This document shows positions 62,247 to 64,000 of a DNA stretch of 64,000 nt, piece after piece (position 1 is the first letter of the stretch; the number at the start of each line of letters is the position of its first letter). The stretch is from assembly GCA_964016885.1 (NCBI GenBank), contig OZ024740.1:135408001-135472000 (forward strand), read 5' to 3'. This DNA comes from Eledone cirrhosa (taxonomy: Eukaryota). The notes under the pieces are model-generated. The model was not told where the DNA came from and ran no database searches. It saw only the letters and a list, made by a program, of their open reading frames with translations. The position numbers and the translations under genes are program-made.

Positions 62247-64000
62247 ATCATCATCATCATCATCATCAACGTTTAACGTCCGTGTTCCACGCTTGCATGG
62301 GTTTGGACGGGGGTAGTCCCACTTGAGGCAAGAGTGGTTGTCTTGCTCGCATAGGACTGTCTGGCGGATTTTCTACAGCTGGATGCCCTTCCTAACACCA
62401 ACCACATTTACAGTGTGGGGCTGGGAGGTTTTTACCGTGTTGCCTACACGGCCACATTACAGCGTGGACTGTGTGTTTTTTTGTCGTGACACCTACACGA
62501 TCTCATTTGTTTCGGCCTCGATGGCGCGGCACCAACATAACTTTACATAGAGCGGGGTGGTGTGGATGGGGTGGGGGTGGTGGTGGTGGGACGGGGTGTA
62601 TTTTGTTAGAGATGCCTACTGGCTGGAGTAGGTTTTACTATATATTTAGGTAAGGCGGGTCTTCTCTGTTACTGAGTACCGCCAAAGGTCTCGGTCCAGT
62701 GACATTGTCTTGGAGAGGTGTAAGTGTGTGATGTCGGAGTTTATCAGCTCGTCCCAGGTTTTTCTAGGTCTGCCTATTCCGTGACTACCGTCTATCTTTA
62801 TTGCCCTGCACTTTGTTATACAGCTATCCACTTTCATGCGCATCACGTGTCCATACCAACGTAGCCTTCTCTCGAGTAAACAACATCTGATCCCTCTTAT
62901 CTCTAATTTTTTCCTTAATTCGTTTATGCTTTGCCGTTCACGTATATTACTGTTACACATCCAGCGGAGCATGCAAGCTTCGTTCCTCTCTAGTCTGCGT
63001 ATATCCTCTGCACACAATGCCCAGGTCTCACTGCCATGCAGCATTGCTGTTCGTATGCAGGCATCGTACAACCTGCCTTTCATTTTTAGGGAGAACCCTT
63101 TAGCAGCTAATAGTGGTATAAGCTCTCTGAACTTTTTCCAACCAGTTCTGACTCTAGCTACAGTACTTTCAGAGCACCCTCCCCCACTGCTGATTTTATC
63201 GCCCAGGTAACGGAAGCTGTCCACTATTTCTATAGAACCCTCTGCGCAATTGAAAGAGCTAGTATTTTGTGGGCACTTGCTGCTACTTATTGCACCAGAA
63301 CACCGGCCACATGTAAAATCTATGTTCTTAGTTAGCTTACCTGTGATCCCACTACATCTTTTATGCACCCATACTTTGCATTTAGGACATAAAATGGAGT
63401 TTCTACCTACGCCTTTCCTACACACCGAGCACGACCATTTCCCAGAAGGGACCGCCGCCTTGTTTTCTTTCCTACAAACTAGTACTTTGGTCTTAGCCAG
63501 GTTAATTTTAAGTCCTTTTGACTCTAGGCCGTGCTTCCATGTTTGGAATTTCTTCTCTAGCTCGGCCATTGATTCCGCTATGAGTGTCAGGTCGTCTGCG
63601 TATAGGAGTTCCCATGGGCAGCCTGTCTTGAACTCCTCTGTTATAGCCTGAAGGGCAATAATAAATAGTAGGGGGCTGAGAACAGAGCCCTGATGGACGC
63701 CAACTTTTACGCTAAACTCTTCACTATATTCGTTGTTAATTCTAACCTTGCTGACTGTTTCTTTATACATGGCTTGTATAGCCCTCACAAGCCATTCGTC
63801 AACGCCTAGTTTTCTAAGAGCCCACCAGATAATGGAGCGGGGGACTCTGTCGAAGGCTTTCTCCAAGTCGACAAAAGCTAAGTAGAGGGGTTTACCTTTA
63901 GCTAGGTACTTCTCCTGTAGTTGTCGTACTATGAAAAGAGCGTCTGTGGTACTTTTGCCTGACACAAACCCGAACTGCATTTCATCTAGGTCAATTCTCT
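62247..64000 (-). mobile_element. RTE-PHD LINE copy continuing past the right edge
   Basis: (cat)n tail at 62247, 3' UTR, then an uninterrupted ORF. Confidence 0.95.
62646..64000 (-). CDS. RTE LINE ORF, C-terminal part (RT + PHD), open to the window edge
   Basis: The 444-aa ORF has intact YADD and PHD ligands. The frame stays open upstream of the listed Met, so the start lies outside the window. Confidence 0.85.
   Translation of the reverse strand, partial: RIDLDEMQFGFVSGKSTTDALFIVRQLQEKYLAKGKPLYLAFVDLEKAFDRVPRSIIWWALRKLGVDEWLVRAIQAMYKETVSKVRINNEYSEEFSVKVGVHQGSVLSPLLFIIALQAITEEFKTGCPWELLYADDLTLIAESMAELEKKFQTWKHGLESKGLKINLAKTKVLVCRKENKAAVPSGKWSCSVCRKGVGRNSILCPKCKVWVHKRCSGITGKLTKNIDFTCGRCSGAISSSKCPQNTSSFNCAEGSIEIVDSFRYLGDKISSGGGCSESTVARVRTGWKKFRELIPLLAAKGFSLKMKGRLYDACIRTAMLHGSETWALCAEDIRRLERNEACMLRWMCNSNIRERQSINELRKKLEIRGIRCCLLERRLRWYGHVMRMKVDSCITKCRAIKIDGSHGIGRPRKTWDELINSDITHLHLSKTMSLDRDLWRYSVTEKTRLT

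Overview
AT-rich, microsatellite-rich animal DNA. The repeat families suggest an octopus/coleoid cephalopod, but this is inference. The only host coding sequence I can support is one 81-nt exon (31001-31081, +) matching exon 2 of amphiphysin/BIN1, so the rest of the window is probably two introns of more than 30 kb each. These are filled with mobile DNA: (i) several copies of a young RTE-clade LINE with a C4HC3 PHD finger inserted inside its reverse transcriptase, one copy being a single CGA>TGA change from intact; (ii) three coding Penelope-like element (PLE) copies or remnants and several fold-back mini-insertions in (TA)n; (iii) type I hammerhead ribozyme folds in these PLEs, with very long stem II and usually a poly(A) signal right after the cleavage site, one having a compensatory U3-A8 core; (iv) a hAT/Buster transposon nested in a Tc2/pogo-type MITE; (v) a non-autonomous Helitron carrying a hammerhead-like cassette that recurs three times; (vi) piggyBac-type MITEs and two tRNA-derived SINE families. 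Best leads are the PHD-in-RT LINE, the atypical hammerheads, the Helitron-borne hammerhead-like module and a two-motif repeat/spacer array in one PLE 3' UTR. All alignments and folds were done by eye, so element boundaries are approximate unless a TSD or TIR is quoted.
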